A DNA stretch of 59,068 nt, counting the filler, from Basidiobolus ranarum (lineage: Eukaryota): the NCBI GenBank assembly GCA_040143965.1. It is 2 parts of 2 records of this genome, joined end to end, with 100 filler letters (N's around TTAATTAATTAA, not from the genome) between each part and the next. Parts side by side here need not be neighbours in the genome. Positions count along the whole stretch, not along the records: positions 29,642 to 59,068 come from JASJQH010000105.1; 1 more part is not named here. One strand, written 5' to 3'. Positions 55,088-59,068 of this stretch are shown one piece after another (position 1 is the stretch's first letter; each line of letters begins with the position of its first letter). The notes under the pieces are model-generated. The model was not told the origin of the DNA, made no database searches, and saw nothing but the letters and a program-made list of their open reading frames with translations. A program made the translations under genes and the position numbers.

Positions 55088-57219
55088 ATGTTGCTACAAA
55101 TTTGGAATCGGTCTTCCGTCTTGGTCAAATCTGTTCCTGGGAAATGGGCTTTGACTCGACCCACCTCTATATTTACTAATACACAGGAGCAGCATCGTGA
55201 ATATAGTTCTAAAAAAAGTATGTTTTCTAAATCAGTCACACGTAGTGGGGCGCAGACCTTTTGTTAACTCTAATTGACTATATATAGAAAAGTCCAAGAG
55301 TGGTAGATCTTCAAAGCGCATTGAGAATGCTATAAGAGATGTAGGCAATGCTTTTGCACAAAGTCAAAGCAAATCTTCGTCGGCAAGCGCCAATTGGACT
55401 AAAACTAAGGCATATCCATTTGTTTACGAACGTAAGTATCCTTCAACACTTACTAAAGTCTTTGTTACGGGTGATGTTAATATATTTTCTTGTGTTCAGC
55501 CGCTCAAGCACCACTGACCGAAGTTGCTCATCTCGCACATGACTTGGACCGAGTTCTTTTCAAGTAAATCTTACAAATGGTCGTCTCGTCATTTTCTTTC
55601 ATATATTAAAGGAGACTTTGTATTTAGCCCTGGAGTTCATTTCCTTCAAGATCCACGTTCGAAAGTATACAACTTCGATCCTTACTTGAAGAATATCCTT
55701 CCACCTTCCGAGTTCGATTTTGATGCTTTGCAACCATACATCACTTCGTCTAAGGATGAGGTAAACTATGGCGAGATTCTTACATTAGTGGTATCTGACT
55801 CATAGATGATTTCTATATAGAATTTAAGACGACTGGCTATTCAACACGGAAAGAAATTTGTTGGATCTACATCCTCCACTTCACATCTCCTATCCCATAT
55901 GTACTTCCTTACTACCGCCTTCAAGCCCATTAATGCTTCAGTTCTTTCCAGTTCATTTGCCAACGAGGTACGTTTAGAGTCCTTAGAATACGTATCCACT
56001 TCAAGATCCTAAACCTTCTTTAATAGCCACGTGGTTATACTAGATCCATGAAGTTACCTGCATCGGTATGCCTTAGACTTAAGGATGGCGTATATGCTAT
56101 CGATGCCGACAAGAGTTTTGATGTCACGGATGGCGTGTTGATTGTACTTGGAAAATCCATGGAAAAGATGCTCACTTTACCACCCAACGAGTTCGCCAAT
56201 TTCCACAAAGAAAACTCCTGGAAGATCAAGGATCTCAAGAGCACACCAGAACCATATCATTACGCCAAAGTAGAGGACTTCTTGTTGAGAGCTCAGTTGG
56301 ATTGCCAGGATCCTAGATTACCTAAGCAAACATTCGATTTGAAGACCAGAGCAGCCATGCCCATTCGTTTAGACAAATATAATTACTTGAACAACAGCAT
56401 TTATCAGATCAAGAAACGCTACGGGTTATTCGAATCGTTTGAACGTGAATACTTCGATATGATCCGATCAGCATTCTTGAAGTATTCCATTCAAGTTCGC
56501 ATTGGTAATATGGATGGCGTCTTCGTTTGTTATCATAATACCGCTCGTGTCTTCGGTTTCCAATATATTTCTCTAGATGAGATGGAAACCCGTCTTTTCG
56601 GCAATCCAACGATGGGTGAGCAGGTTTTCAATATGTCCATCAAACTCTTAGGAAGAATCCTAAACACCGCCACCGAAAAGTACCCTAATCAGGTAAATAT
56701 CCATCATTCACTAATGTCCGTCGTTTTCTTCTAATAACCCTTGTTGTATAATAGAGTCTATTGGTTACCGTGGATACGAAGGAGACCTCCCAGGCCATGG
56801 ATGTGTATGTTGAAGCGATGAATGAGGAGCAGGGATATTCTCCCAGTGCTGAGGAGACTGTCAGAGCATTGCCTGTCTACAAGGTGAAGGAAGATACCAA
56901 GGTTTCCAAGTGGCAAATCAATAGCTATTCCATGGTGAATAATCGCAGAGTGAACGGATCATTCGACGTATCCTCCGATGGAACCGACGAATGGGAGTTC
57001 AATTACACTCTTAAGGAGATCAAATCAAGTCCAAGTGAACTTATTCGTCAATATCAAAGCGTTAGAAAGAGACAGTCAGAGTTCTACTACACTGCCGACG
57101 ATCCAAATGATAAGCAAAGAAAGAAGATGGGACCTCAGTTAACCCGCCTCCTAGAAGGGTTGAGACAGAAGCAACAGGAAGAAGAGGGAGCCCAAGTCAT
57201 GTATAAGCCTCTTCGTTAG
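55088..57219 (+). CDS. PET127: Mitochondrial 5'-3' RNA processing nuclease Pet127
   Basis: LAHDLDRVLFNPGVHFLQDPRSKVYNFDPYL, YITSSKDE, FVGSTSS, RAQLDCQDPRLP, FDLKTRA, SFEREYFDMIRSAFLKYSIQVRIGNMDGVFVCYHN. Confidence 0.96.
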
Positions 57220-58054
57220 TGGTTGTTCAATTTAGAGTCTGTAATATTGTCATTTTCATTCCGTTTTCTTATCATTCCGTTTTCTTATCATATGCTATGT
57301 AGCTTTAGATTATTTATTTGAATGTTATTTTCTCATACCATGCTCATTTCATCTAATTCGTAACTGACTTCGAACCAATAAATCTTGAATTATAGATCAT
57401 ATCATTCCTTTAATAGCAAAGCGACTTTATTCGGAGCATCAAAATGATATTCTTTACTTTGATAAACGAAAGTACTGTAGCTTTCATGTAGCTTTCATAG
57501 CAAAGAACTAATATCAGGTTTATGCAGTATTGACTGTCATCGTTCAAACACTCTCTATGGAAACATCCTGTTTACTCTACAACAAAGATGATGATTAAAC
57601 AAGTTAATTTAAGCAGAATATCCAAATGTAATATTAATCAAGCTGCAAGACAAATTATATATATGTATATATGGTTTACTATGCTTAGTTGCACTATAAA
57701 TTAAAATTAACTTTAGTTTTAGTAACTCAAGGTTAGAGGATATACACTAAGCATAATTAATCTGGTTAGAGGAAATCTAAAGAGAACCAACAAAATCATT
57801 CTGACTCAATGTCGATAAAATGTGAGATGCTTTTATATGTCCAAGTATCCAACTTTGATGACTGTTATCTCAACATATACCTCTTCACACTTGCTTGTGT
57901 ATGGAAATCGGCTTATGTAGGTATCAACACATGTGAGGGAAACCACTCCTACCATTGTGTTAATTTGAAGCAAAAAACTCCATTCTATCCAAAAGGAAAA
58001 AGATAAATTTGGATAAATTTTAGCATGAAAAAAGTGTTAAAGTATTTGGAAGCC

Positions 58055-58675
58055 TGTTGGAAGTGGTTTGGAGAATTAGAGGAATTGGTGGTTTCACTTA
58101 TTGATTTATTGAGTAGAAAGTTGACATTTATAGTTTTGTGAAGATGTAAATAAGTAAACATGTAGAATGTGTTACAGAAGGCCCCAGGAACATGTGTGCA
58201 AAGTTTGGGGCTTCTAGCACAAGTTTGAAAAATCTATATATTTGAGAACTTCTAAGTTGGTAAAAATATTCCAAGTAAATTCCAATTGAGAATAATGGAT
58301 AATATCTTAGTGAATTATAAGATAATTAAGTACTAAGCTATATATGACTATATAGGTGTTTAGGCAATGTTAATTTCAATACTCTCCCTCAACTAAATAG
58401 TCATATAAACTCAACCTAATAAAGGTTTAAATTTCTCAAGTTTCTGTCTAGCTAATGGTTTGGTTAATATATCAGCAATCATGTCTTCTGTAGAACAATA
58501 AGTTAAATCAATAAACTTATTCTCTATTGTCTCTCTAATGAGGTGATGATTAATATCTATATGTTTGCCTCTATTATGAAACATGTGATTTTTTGCTAAT
58601 TTGAAACAACTTTGATTATCTTAAAATATTGTAGTTGGTGAGTTTTGAGAATAACCTATATCAGCTAAGAGTTTT
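58055..58675 (-). mobile_element. Degenerate Ty1/copia element A: RNase H C-terminus, PPT and 3' LTR
   Basis: Minus strand IF*DNQSCFKLAKNHMFHNRGKHIDINHHLIRE...YCSTEDMIADILTKPL; PPT TTGAGGGAGAG then LTR start TATTGAA at 58381; probable LTR end TTCCAACA at 58055 (approximate). Confidence 0.85.
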
Positions 58676-59068
58676 TGTTGGATAATTAATCTTTATTCAA
58701 TATCATAGTTAACTTTAGTTAAAATACATATATCAGAAACAGAAAGCAATATATCTATAGCCCCTATATTCTAAATAGGAATATTTCAATATCTATATAA
58801 CAAGTATGTCTTATTACCCCTACTTATCTATTATATCTTATTACACAAACTCCTGAATATCTCAAACAATTGATTTACTTTTCTACTATATAAGTCATCA
58901 TATACTCTTAAGAATAAAGTAACTAAAACACACTATCATAAGTTGCTTCTAATACCCCAGGTCTACCCCCATTATCTCAAGATCCTCCAACAGTTTTCTT
59001 AACCATATTGCTTCTTTTGTTGCTTCACAAGCAGTCTTATATTCATCTTCTATTGTTGAAAGTGCTAC
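58676..59068 (-). mobile_element. Second degenerate copia element B (RNase H start + ~279-bp LTR) nested in element A
   Basis: VALSTIEDEYKTACEATKEAIWLRKLLEDL at 59068-~58980, GGGG then LTR TATTAGA(58954)...AATAAA...TCCAACA(58676). Confidence 0.72.

Overview
Gene-dense, intron-rich eukaryotic DNA. Short GT-AG introns (mostly ~50-90 nt) and the gene set (Pet127, Snt2, Osh3, Ste7-type MAPKK) point to a fungus, probably an early-diverging one (Zoopagomycota/Mucoromycota-like; inference). About 25 protein genes can be reconstructed by hand, several of them largely missed by the ORF track (an ING PHD-finger gene, the Atg14 N-terminus, an Alb1-like gene). Highlights: (1) a complete H/ACA snoRNA in the RPS22 intron whose two pockets match both known targets of yeast snR44, enclosed by a ~65-bp G-U-rich long-range duplex; (2) an intronless RNase III-like + dsRBD gene lacking the canonical catalytic signature; (3) a bacterial-type NagD gene with one intron (HGT candidate); (4) two reading frames that close only with GA-AG introns; (5) nested, CpG-free Ty1/copia remnants at the right end. 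An artificial N/TTAATTAATTAA scaffold linker lies at 29542-29641, so the two halves may not be truly adjacent. All family calls are from motif recognition, not database searches.
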